A stretch of 64,000 nt of DNA from Camelus dromedarius. Lineage: Eukaryota. A program made the position numbers and the translations under genes. How positions within the stretch are numbered: position 1 is the first letter of the stretch; every line of letters begins with the position of its first letter. Positions 51,102 through 61,949 of the stretch are shown here, in pieces. The notes below the pieces were generated by a model that saw nothing but the letters and a program-made list of their open reading frames with translations, was not told the origin of the DNA and made no database searches. The DNA lies in NCBI RefSeq assembly GCF_036321535.1, contig NC_087449.1, forward strand, positions 15,376,001 to 15,440,000, written 5' to 3'.

Positions 51102-51823
51102 GTAATGAACAACACAGGGTTGTTTTTGTCATTGGTGTTGCTGTTTTTTTTTACGTCTTTAAAATGTGATTATAAAAATTTGCAAAAGTAACTCTGCATT
51201 GAATGATGGTGCTCAGTTCTGATCATCAGACAACGCTGTTACATGCAAGGCGTTCTGCGTCGCCTGCCTGAGAGGAGGGCGGGCCTGACCCCCAAGGGTT
51301 GAAGGTGCTTGTGGGGGAGGCGGGGCGGGGGCTTTGTGTCTGAGTGAGCCAGAGGCTCTGTTCACTTCTGCAGGGAGAGACCATTTTCACCAAATAGAAT
51401 TTTGCCTATGTTTTAAAAGTATTTGAATGTATTTGCTGTGGCATCAGGTAGGCACAGCCTACATGATTATGTGGTGATAAAATATTCCAAAACTAAAAAC
51501 AGTGCCCGTGAGCCTGGGGTCCTGGACCCTGCGGTCCTGGACCCTGCCTGACTTTCTTGTTTTCTTATTCTTCTCTTGCTTCCTTCCCTCCTCTCCTTCT
51601 TCCTCCTTCTCTGCCTCCTTCTCCCCCTCTTCTTTTTCTTTCTCCCCACCTCTAAACACACATACACACACTCACACACATAATAATAACAATAATAAAA
51701 GTTCACACACGATTTCATCTTATCCTCACCTTTTGATTTGGTAGATATTACTCTCTCCATTTTACAGGTTAAGAAACTGAGGCACAGACATACAGAAAGA
51801 AAGAAGCAGAAATAGGATTCACA

Positions 51824-52404
51824 TGATCGGAAAGGAAAAACTGTGTTCTCCCTATCCATCTTAGGTTCATTAGCTGTAAATTAGATCAACAAAAGAGATT
51901 AGAAAGGGAAAAGCAAACAGAAGTCTCTGAGCAGGTGCACCGTGCATGCACATGGGAGCGCTCAGAGCTCAGTAACTCCAAGGGGTGGTTAAAACTTGGG
52001 CTTACATGGCATCTTAACAAAACAGAAGTGCATTTTTCAAAAAGGAAAAGGCAAAGGAAAAGGACTCTGAGCTTCTAGGGGCAGCAGATTGTGGGAAGGT
52101 AGATATAAGAGGAAATTCATGGTAGATAAGTGCTGGTTTTAGTGATGTTTGTTGCGTTGATTCCTCTGGTGCCATCTCTGGGCTGATAAGGATCCAGAGT
52201 TGTCCCTTATGATTAACTTCTGTCCTTCCTGGGAGAGAGGGGAGGGGAGACACAGACACCTTCAAAAATGTATATCCTGCTTTTAGGGAACTAGGGGGAG
52301 GGCAGAGAGCTTTTCTTACATTTACTTCTTCTGAACTGCCTTCAGCTCAAAATAATCCTTATGCCGAAGTGGTGGTTTGGGGTGGCAGACTCTGCTAGCC
52401 TTCA
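51824..52404. mobile_element. ERV1 LTR (MER34/MER39-like)
   Basis: Terminal gccttcagctcaaaataatccttatgccgaagtgg...ggggtggcagactctgctagccttca resembles the MER34-group end. Confidence 0.65.
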
Positions 52405-52600
52405 ATACCTGGGGTACTCTAATTCTAAAGCCCAAACTTTCAACCACTGTGCATACAACCTGCTAGTTTGTATAAGCTATCCTTGATGCCACCTGGTTGT
52501 GGGCAATATGTCCAAAGAATCAGAAAGGGAATGCTGCCTGAGTGCCTTTCTTACATTGTGGGACAAAGCCCAGATTAGAGGAGCAATAACCATGGACTAG

Positions 52601-54660
52601 GATGACTCTTGGAAGGACTGGGATGACCGCAGAAGGGCTGGGATGACCGCGGAAGGGCTGGGATGACCATGGAAGGGCTGGGATGACCGCGGAAGGGCTG
52701 GGATGACCGTGGAAGGACTGGGATGACCTCAGAAGGACTGGGATGACCGCGGAAGGGCTGGGATGACCGTGGAAGGACTGGGATGACCGTGGAAGGACTG
52801 GGATGACCATGGAAGGGCTGGGATGACCATGGAAGGGCTGGGATGACCGTGGAAGGACTGGGATGACCTCAGAAGGACTGGGATGACCGCGGAAGGGCTG
52901 GGATGACCGCGGAAGGGCTGGGATGACCATGGAAGGGCTGGGATGACCGCAGAAGGGCTGGGATGACCGCAGAAGGACTGGGATGACCGCGGAAGGGCTG
53001 GGATGACCGCAGAAGGGCTGGGATGACCGCGGAAGGGCTGGGATGACCATGGAAGGGCTGGGATGACCGTGGAAGGACTGGGATGACCGCGGAAGGGCTG
53101 GGATGACCATGGAAGGGCTGGGATGACCGCAGAAGGACTGGGATGACCGCGGAAGGGCTGGGATGACCGCAGAAGGACTGGGATGACCGCGGAAGGGCTG
53201 GGATGACCGCGGAAGGGCTGGGATGACCATGGAAGGGCTGGGATGACCGCAGAAGGGCTGGGATGACCGCAGAAGGGCTGGGATGACCGCAGAAGGACTG
53301 GGATGACCGCGGAAGGGCTGGGATGACCGCGGAAGGGCTGGGATGACCGCGGAAGGGCTGGGATGACCGCGGAAGGGCTGGGATGACCGCGGAAGGGCTG
53401 GGATGACCGCGGAAGGGCTGGGATGACCGCGGAAGGGCTGGGATGACCGCGGAAGGGCTGGGATGACCGCGGAAGGGCTGGGATGACCATGGAAGGGCTG
53501 GGATGACCATGGAAGGGCTGGGATGACCGTGGAAGGACTGGGATGACCGTGGAAGGGCTGGGATGACCGTGGAAGGACTGGGATGACCGTGGAAGGACTG
53601 GGATGACCATGGAAGGGCTGGGATGACCGTGGAAGGACTGGGATGACCGCGGAAGGGCTGGGATGACCATGGAAGGGCTGGGATGACCGTGGAAGGACTG
53701 GGATGACCTCAGAAGGACTGGGATGACCGCGGAAGGGCTGGGATGACCGCGGAAGGGCTGGGATGACCATGGAAGGGCTGGGATGACCGCAGAAGGGCTG
53801 GGATGACCGCGGAAGGGCTGGGATGACCGCAGAAGGGCTGGGATGACCGCGGAAGGGCTGGGATGACCGCGGAAGGGCTGGGATGACCGCGGAAGGGCTG
53901 GGATGACCGCGGAAGGGCTGGGATGACCGCGGAAGGGCTGGGATGACCGCGGAAGGGCTGGGATGACCGCAGAAGGACTGGGATGACCGCGGAAGGGCTG
54001 GGATGACCGCAGAAGGACTGGGATGACCGCGGAAGGGCTGGGATGACCATGGAAGGGCTGGGATGACCGCAGAAGGGCTGGGATGACCGCAGAAGGGCTG
54101 GGATGACCGCAGAAGGGCTGGGATGACCGCAGAAGGACTGGGATGACCGCAGAAGGGCTGGGATGACCGCGGAAGGGCTGGGATGACCGCGGAAGGGCTG
54201 GGATGACCGTGGAAGGGCTGGGATGACCGTGGAAGGGCTGGGATGACCGCGGAAGGGCTGGGATGACCGCGGAAGGGCTGGGATGACCGCGGAAGGGCTG
54301 GGATGACCGTGGAAGGGCTGGGATGACCGCGGAAGGGCTGGGATGACCGCGGAAGGGCTGGGATGACCGCGGAAGGGCTGGGATGACCGTGGAAGGGCTG
54401 GGATGACCATGGAAGGGCTGGGATGACCGTGGAAGGGCTGGGATGACCGTGGAAGGACTGGGATGACCGTGGAAGGGCTGGGATGACCGTGGAAGGACTG
54501 GGATGACCGTGGAAGGACTGGGATGACCATGGAAGGGCTGGGATGACCGTGGAAGGACTGGGATGACCGCGGAAGGGCTGGGATGACCATGGAAGGGCTG
54601 GGATGACCGTGGAAGGACTGGGATGACCTCAGAAGGACTGGGATGACCGTGGAAAGGCTG
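52601..54660. repeat. Minisatellite/VNTR: 102 x 20-bp units (consensus GGATGACCGCGGAAGGGCTG) plus one degenerate left unit
   Basis: Register is kept exactly (3 units per 60-nt line) from 52621 to 54660. Seven recurrent variants plus one terminal variant were counted directly. Confidence 0.99.
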
Positions 54661-56823
54661 GCATCTGGAAAGGGGCAGATCCTAGGTCTCTTCTTCCTGG
54701 CCTTACCAAGTTGCTGCCCAGTGTTTTCAGAAATCCAAGAGGATAATTACAGGGTTACTATAGCACTGTACTTTGTTTATTACTGAAACAGTGTGATTAT
54801 CTAAAAAAGATTTCACTTTGACCCAGTTTACCTGTCTCCATGACCCTTTCTAGTCTTTATTATGATTTTACACTGAAAATTTGAAGTATCTATAGATAGC
54901 AGCAGCAGAGAGATGAACAAATGGGATGTGTTTTAATTCTCAGGACATGTAGGTAGGTTTATCGGGACCATGTGCAATAGAGGCTTTCCATTTGGGGCGT
55001 TTTTTTTTCCTTAAACCAAGATGGCGAGGGCTGTGAGTAACATACTTTATGCATATAATACAGTTTTTTCCAAGATTCTTCTTCTGTGTCTCGTTCTGTG
55101 TCTCGTTCATGAACTTTAAATGCCCATTTTCATTGAAAAAGAAGAAGAAACAGCAGCAGCAAGTCTTCAGCTCTCTGTAGAATAGTCGGTGATGGTCAGG
55201 GCAGTGAGAAGCCTGTGTGGAGGTCAGCCAGGGCGCGTTGCAGCTGGATTGAGGTTGACCTCACGTTGACTTGCTTCCTCATTAGTGGGGATGGTAAACA
55301 ACAAGCTAATTACATTCTCTGGAAGAAGGAAGATGAGCTGGGGAAATAGAAGAAATTATGAAAAGGAATCTAGAAGGCATGCCGCTAGTTCATTCATATT
55401 GAAAACTCGAGGAGATGACCCAGAGGGGCTGTGCTCTGAGCCGTGATGCTAGCACAGTGCTCGCTCGTGGCTCATAGAGGCTAAGATTTAAGTATGATGA
55501 TAGTGGTGGGTGGAACAAAGCCAGGGCAGCCCTGAATTTCCTATTTTGAGAGAAAACATTGAAGCTTCTGCCAAATAGGATGTGGGGATTGGTCTTTGTG
55601 GTTCACTGCATGGTCCTTCCATTTTGTGCTCTGCTTCAGTAATGGAGCTATAATTGTGTGTCAGTTGTGGACACTTCTCTGATTTTAATCAGGTACCTCC
55701 ACTATAGTGCATTGCTGTCCATAAAGCACCTATTGTGTGTGATTTCTCCTGTTCTACAACCAGCCTCCTCCACGCCCCGCCTGCCCCATCAGTCATGGTA
55801 ACTACCAGCCTCTGACATCTGTTAGGTACCCGCTGTCCGTGGCACTGTAGTATGCATATTTGGGGGATTATTGCTTTTAGTATTCACCACGGCTTTGTGT
55901 CACAGATGAAGAAACTGAAGTTTAAAGATGTTAAGGAAATTGACAAAGGTCACATGGCTGAGTGTTTTAAATGGTACTTGGGCACATGACTGCCCGACTC
56001 CAAATCCCTCAGATTTCATCACTGTGTCATACTGTCTGTGAAACTGCGGCAATTTACCCACGTGCTGCCTGGCCCCTGCTTATCTTGTGACCAGTAGCAA
56101 GTATCTGTAAAGTGATACGTGGAGGTGTTCCTCTGTGTGTGTGTATTCTGTGGCTAACCTCAACTGCTTCTTCTAGGAAATCTTCCACAATCTCCAAATG
56201 ACTTTCCACCCTTGTTTGATTCTCTTCCACTTATTTGAAACTACTTCACATGATTGATCATGAGTCCTATCGAAAAATCCATTGCAATCGAGCCCAATAG
56301 TGTTAAGACTAACATTACTGGGGGCCACATATAAAAACTACTGTAACATGAGTACAGTATTTCTTGTGTACCTATGTCTTATTTCCTCAACAAAAATTGG
56401 AGATTTCTTAATGGCAGGGGTTGTGTTAGTGTAATGTCCTTATCTGGCAATTTCATCCTTTCCCACATAGAAGGTTCTCAGTAAAGGCTTGTTGATTGAC
56501 GGCTAATGGGGTCAAGTGAGGAACTGTCCTATTACGTGGCCTGAGATATTCAGATCAAAATATTTGTGTTTTTGAGCATTTCCTGTTTGCATCATGTCAT
56601 AAACCAAATTCTTCATCTTCTTGCTTATTTTGTAATACTGTTTTATCGATAATCGTTCACATTTCTCTTTCTCCATATTAAACCTCTTTCATGAAAAATT
56701 TCTGGTGATGAGTTCTGTTTGCCTTTTTCCATTACAGTTTCTGATTTCACTTTTCTTCACACATCGCCCTCATACATTCTCTGCATTAACAGAGCTTTCC
56801 TCATATGCACAGGGCATGCATTT

Positions 56824-56950
56824 TATTTTTTTATTTTTTGTGGGGGAGGCAATTAGGTTATTTATCTATTTATTTTGATGGAGGGACTGGGGATTGAGCC
56901 TACAACATCCTGCATGCTAAGCATGCAGTATACCATATACCCTCCCCACT
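56824..56950 (-). mobile_element. Vic-1-type camelid SINE, more diverged copy
   Basis: Minus strand ggggagggtata...gcatgcttagcatgcag...ggctcaatccccagtccctcc; TSD agggcatg(c/t)attt (56811-56823, 56951-56963). Confidence 0.8.
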
Positions 56951-58001
56951 AGGGCATGTATTTCTAAATTAAGTTTCTTTCATTGTGGCAAAGTGGACAG
57001 CTCTCAAGTAATTACCTGAGAGGCCCCCACTGCTGAAGAAACCAGACTAATTCCTAAAACACACAGAACAGGGAAACCTTTCTTTTCCTTGTAATTTTTA
57101 TTTTAAAGATAATTGTTTACTTACCTAATTGGTTCTGCATGAAATCCTTCTGCTTTCTATCCTTGGCATGTTGTCACTTCAAGATTTTTAGTTTTGGGGG
57201 GAAGAAAAAGGGAAACAATTAAATATGAAAGGTGAAAAATTATAACCACGGGGGACAGCTGGCGTTTATCTGATGTGACAGTTCCCTTTTTCTGCTACAG
57301 ATGTGTTGCACTTCTGTAGGGAATGAAGCAAATTCATGACTGTGACAGGAATGTTCTGTTTGATGAGAATTTTTATCCTTGGAGTGTAATTATTTTATTG
57401 ATTGTAGGGATGAATAGCATAGGGTTTCCATTCTGGCCGAGGTAGAGACTCCTTCATAATGCCTTTTCTTGCTGTCCATTTGTCCCTCTCAAAGATTATG
57501 CTATTCACGGTGTTACTTCCCAAGACTTTTGGACTTGATTAATTGAATTTCTTCCACTTCACTATTCATTAACTTGATATCCAAATATTTTGAACATTCA
57601 TCCTGTGAAATATGACCTCACTGGATCTCCAAATTAACTTTCAATATTATAACCCTGTTCTCTTCATTTTTAATTTATTTCTAATGTATTGTTTTCTACC
57701 AAGTTCTTCTCTTGTCCACTTTGGTTATTGGAGATGACGACGTCCATTTGTAAATGAACTGTTATTAGGTTTCAGGCTTGCCATTTGGAGCATCATTTCT
57801 TTGGTGCTCTTGTCTGTGTAACTGACTGCAGTCTTTGATCATTTGCTATTAGTTTTGCATGTTCACTAATTGTGTGAAAAAGAAGCGAAGAAAGGACCCA
57901 GAGAGGAGAGGAGAATGGAGTCAAAGTTCTCATTAGAGTGACATGGGTTGAGCATTAGGGATTCTGTTTTCCTTGTCATAGTGGAGATTTTCTTTTCTCA
58001 G

Positions 58002-58235
58002 AATATGAAGAAGATTTCGAAGTTGAGGAGAAACGAGATGAGACAGCTAATGAAGGCGGACAGGCGGACGGTCGAACGAGTGGAATGTCAGAGCCACCCT
58101 CAGATGATGAAACGGGTCTCTTAGACCCTGAGAAGGAGAGCGAAACCTCGTCGCCGAAGGCACCAGATGCTGACGACAACGTGAAAGATGAAGGTGACGG
58201 ATTCTCTGGGAGTGAACTGGAGGAGAAGCAACAGG
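58002..58235 (+). CDS. ERICH3: ERICH3 coding exon 11 (~234 nt; 3' boundary uncertain)
   Basis: tctcag|AA; (E)YEEDFEVEEKRDETANEGGQADGRTSGMSEPPSDDETGLLDPEKESETSSPKAPDADDNVKDEGDGFSGSELEEKQQ. The homologous phase-1 end is followed by gcaggc (GC donor), not GT. Confidence 0.85.
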
Positions 58236-60524
58236 GCAGGCTGCCTAGCTTATCACGTGACACAGTGTACTCATTACTTTTCCTTTTACTTAATGAGGTC
58301 ATCCTTTCTCAAGGAATGTTTAGAGCCTGGTTCCCTCACCAGAGGCCGCTCATCAGCTGGTCTTCCGTAGATACCCAAGTCAGGGGTCACTCCTTACCCC
58401 TTCCTCTTTCCTTAGTTTGCTGGGGTTTTTCAGCAGGGGGTCCGGTAAAGCTTGTAGTGACACATCTTCTGTTTACTTAGAAAGTTCCTACTTTAAAAAA
58501 AACCTCAAACTATCTCCTCTTATATACACATATATACATACATACACACACACACACACACACCATTTTTGTGGTTTTGGAAAAATGAGAAGTAGCTCCC
58601 ATTCAATTAAAGGAAAAATTGAAAATTCCTCCTTCCTTCCTTCCTTCCTTTATTTATCTTAACTTACCTTGAACACCGAATGCTGGCATTTTAGCTTGTG
58701 GAAGGATTACCACTCTTGGCAACTTTGCACCCCTCACAGTCTTCAAGCCTAAAATGACTCAATGTTCACAGGGAAAATATCGAGCTTTTCAGATAGATAA
58801 AAAAAGAAAAAACAAAGAAACAAACAAAACAAAAACCGTCATCATCTGAGGCATAACTTAAATTTTTAAGACTTTTTAAAAAATCTGAAGTTATCAAACT
58901 AAGGTCCAAAGAAGGAACCCATTTCCAGCTTTGTCCTGTAAGAGAATTTGGCCAAGGCTATGTGTTTCTTAGTAAATCAGAGATCTTTCCTGGTACATTC
59001 CTGGCATTTACCAGTAGTACAATACAGTAACTACAGTACAATAACTCTCTTATATTTAAGTAAGTGTATGTCTTTTGTAGTCTGCTTTAGACTAGAGAAT
59101 GAGGTCATATTATGTTGACTTTTTGAATTGCTATTTATTTCCCTAGTTTTTTCACCTCTTAAATTTTTTCTGTATAAAATCTTAAAATTTTATTTCAAGG
59201 AATATATTAGGATAGTGCAAAACAAGAGTAAATAAAGTAATCAAGTAATCACAAGAGCAAATATTTATAGTACATTCCCTTCAAGAAAGAATTCAAGGAA
59301 ACCTATTCTAAAATTTCATGCACACATACACAAGGCAGTAAAAGAAAAGAACAGAAATTGTTTAGAGTAAGAGAGAAGAGAATTCTACTAGATAACTGTC
59401 CGTGAGACCATGACTGCACTCCAACTAAAATTTTAGTTGTGCTTCCTGACAGTCAAAGTAAGGAGCGAAGCACAATGTGAAAAATTAGAATGATGTTAAC
59501 TTTCAGTACATTTGAAAATAAGATTTGTTGCCATTTTTAATATAGTTGAAAGAACTAGTCAATATTAATGAACAGGCTTTGAAATGTTTTTGTGAAGTTT
59601 TAAATTAGGCCTTTTCTATAATTTCTCTTAATACTTACATTTTATGTTTCCGGACATGCCCAACATATAAGCTTTTTTCTCAATTTGAATGCCAATATTG
59701 AATTTAAGTTTATATTCCTACTGTATGGTATAGAAAAAGCTAAAGAATTCTATGGAAAAGTCATGTCACCTGAATCAAATTTTAAAGAGACTATATAAAT
59801 GACTTGAACCTGGGAAAGGATTGCAAGTGTTTGCATATAATTATAACTGGCTCAGAACACAAAGAACTCAATTTTTCATTTCTTCAATAATGGTGGGGAA
59901 TGACCAAGTATTGAGTTCATGAAGAGTCAGTACATTATTTCAATACATGGTCATCTGGGGATTATCTTTATACTCCGTATTCAACTTGCTTTTTTGGGAT
60001 CAAGTCGATATTTTCCAAGACAGAGTTATTTTTTATGTTCAAACAGACAAAGATGTAGGCAGTACTTGGATGTTACTTGGAGGGAAAGCTTTAATCATTT
60101 AGACCTGTAATTATTGAATAACTGACAGTGATAGATAAGCTTTAACAGTGAATTCTGCTTGCATTTGAATAATTGGAATCCTGTGTTTAGAAAAACATCC
60201 TATAGGTATTGTTTATTAAGACTCAATTTTGTGCTAAGCACTGTGCTAAATATTTTACATGAATTATCTGATTAACCTCAAACAACCTTAAAAAGCAGGT
60301 ACTTTTTCTTTTTATCTTCATCTTATAAATAAAGAAACTTGGAAGTGGTGAGATGAAGTAACTCACATAGCCAGAAAATGGTGGGGCCAAGATGCAGACT
60401 TCAGAGCCTGGATTTTGGAGAAACAGTGTAACATTACTTCAAATCAGAAACTATTCTCTTATTTAGAATTAAAGCAAATCCCCCCAATAAGAGGATTTTG
60501 TTTCCTTAAGAATGCACAGTTTAG

Positions 60525-60751
60525 TTATACATATACGCACACATTTTTTCGATTCTTTTTGATTACAGCTCATTACAAGAAATTAAACATAGTCCCCTGT
60601 GCTATACAGTAGGTCCCTGTTGTTTATTTTATATACAGTACTGTGTGTCTGTTATAATATGTATCTGTATATGTATAACTGAATCACTTTGCTGTGCAGC
60701 TGAAACTAACATCATAAATCAACTATACGTCAATAAAAAATGAGTTAAAAA
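60525..60751. mobile_element. 5'-inverted (twin-primed) L1 3'-end insertion
   Basis: 60525-60651 is L1 3'UTR in minus orientation; 60652-60751 is the following L1 terminus in plus orientation; degenerate 17-bp TSD. Confidence 0.7.
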
Positions 60752-61809
60752 AAGAATGTATAATTTAGAAGCATTTATCTTGAATTCTTCATCTTATCCT
60801 ATTTTTTAACATCTTTTTTCTTTTTTTTGATTCATTTGGTTTTTAAACAGAGGAAATTAAAATGGACATTTTCTAATTCTACCCAAATTGACCTTTCTCC
60901 TCCCTGGATGGGCTTCCCCTTCCACTCCCAGGCCTTTTGCTCAGTTCCAGCTCACCCTCTCCTCCTCCACAAGACTATCCTCCGTCAGCAGCCTCCCCTG
61001 AGCTCTTTAAATTATTAAACTCTGTCATTCAGTAGTTCATTTTTCACTTATTGCTTCATTCGTGTTACATTTTGCACCTTAAATTAATTGCACAAGTTAA
61101 TAACACACAAATTAATTATACTATAAAAGCTAGGACTGTACATTGTCTCTGTGATTCCTCACAGAGGTAATGTCTTAAAAGATATTTTGTGAATATTAAG
61201 CACTTACATGATTGTTTAACATTAAGAATATGAAGATACTTTTGCTAGTGCTACGATATCTAGTTACATTTACACTATATGATGATTATTGGAATTTTAT
61301 TCAAAACATCATAGAGAGCTGCACTATGTGGCTGCAGAATATATAATATTTTAAATAGACATGTAATGAAAGCTATCAGAATATATAAAATCTAGTCCAC
61401 AATGTTGGGAAGTTTAAGAACCAAAAATTAAATTGGCTAACTCTTTTATTTTGTGCTTTCAAAAATGACATTATTCAACAATCCTTTTTAAGAGTTCCTT
61501 TGCGTCCTTGATATTTACATTAAAACTTTGCCATTATTCTGAAATAAAATCTCATTGCTTATTACTGTTTCTTTCCTCCACCTCCATCCAGGCTCTTTTA
61601 TTTGCCATCCCTTTATTTTGATAACCTGACCCCTTGTTATTCAAAAACATGCTTTTTAGCATGCGGAGTATCAGAATTACAGATTTCATCCAGCAAACAA
61701 GAAGTGTGTATGAAAAGTGATAATGGCAGGATAGATCCCTTGGAACACTCTATTGAAAAGCCAGACAGCATTTCATCTTCAAAAGTGTAAGAGGCATATT
61801 GTGACCACT

Positions 61810-61949
61810 NNNNNNNNNNNNNNNNNNNNNNNNNNNNNNNNNNNNNNNNNNNNNNNNNNNNNNNNNNNNNNNNNNNNNNNNNNNNNNNNNNNNNNNNNNN
61901 NNNNNNNNNNNNNNNNNNNNNNNNNNNNNNNNNNNNNNNNNNNNNNNNN
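61810..61949. other. Assembly gap (140 N)
   Basis: Run of n characters. Confidence 1.

Noticed and set aside
51313-51331. Tandem GC boxes (GGGGAGGCGGGGCGGGGG) after exon 10
   Set aside because: Isolated short motif with no CpG island or other support.
51374-51447. 74-nt pseudo-exon (ctgcag|...CAG|gtaggc)
   Set aside because: Frameshifting with a modest acceptor; such site pairs are frequent by chance.
51459-51859. Glu/Lys/Arg-rich ORFs
   Set aside because: They arise from CT-rich, (CA)n and (AAT)n low-complexity sequence.
52520-54590. Four long minus-strand ORFs (213-416 aa) as a novel Pro/Ser-rich or mucin-like gene
   Set aside because: They are translations of the 20-bp minisatellite. 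The same peptide appears in all frames, with no splice sites or non-repetitive coding context.
52621-54660. Array as a CRISPR locus or imprinting control repeat
   Set aside because: There are no unique spacers and the host is a mammal. The ZFP57 motif TGCCGC is absent from the units.
57976-58302. Ser-rich minus-strand ORF
   Set aside because: It is the antisense shadow of Glu-rich ERICH3 exon 11.
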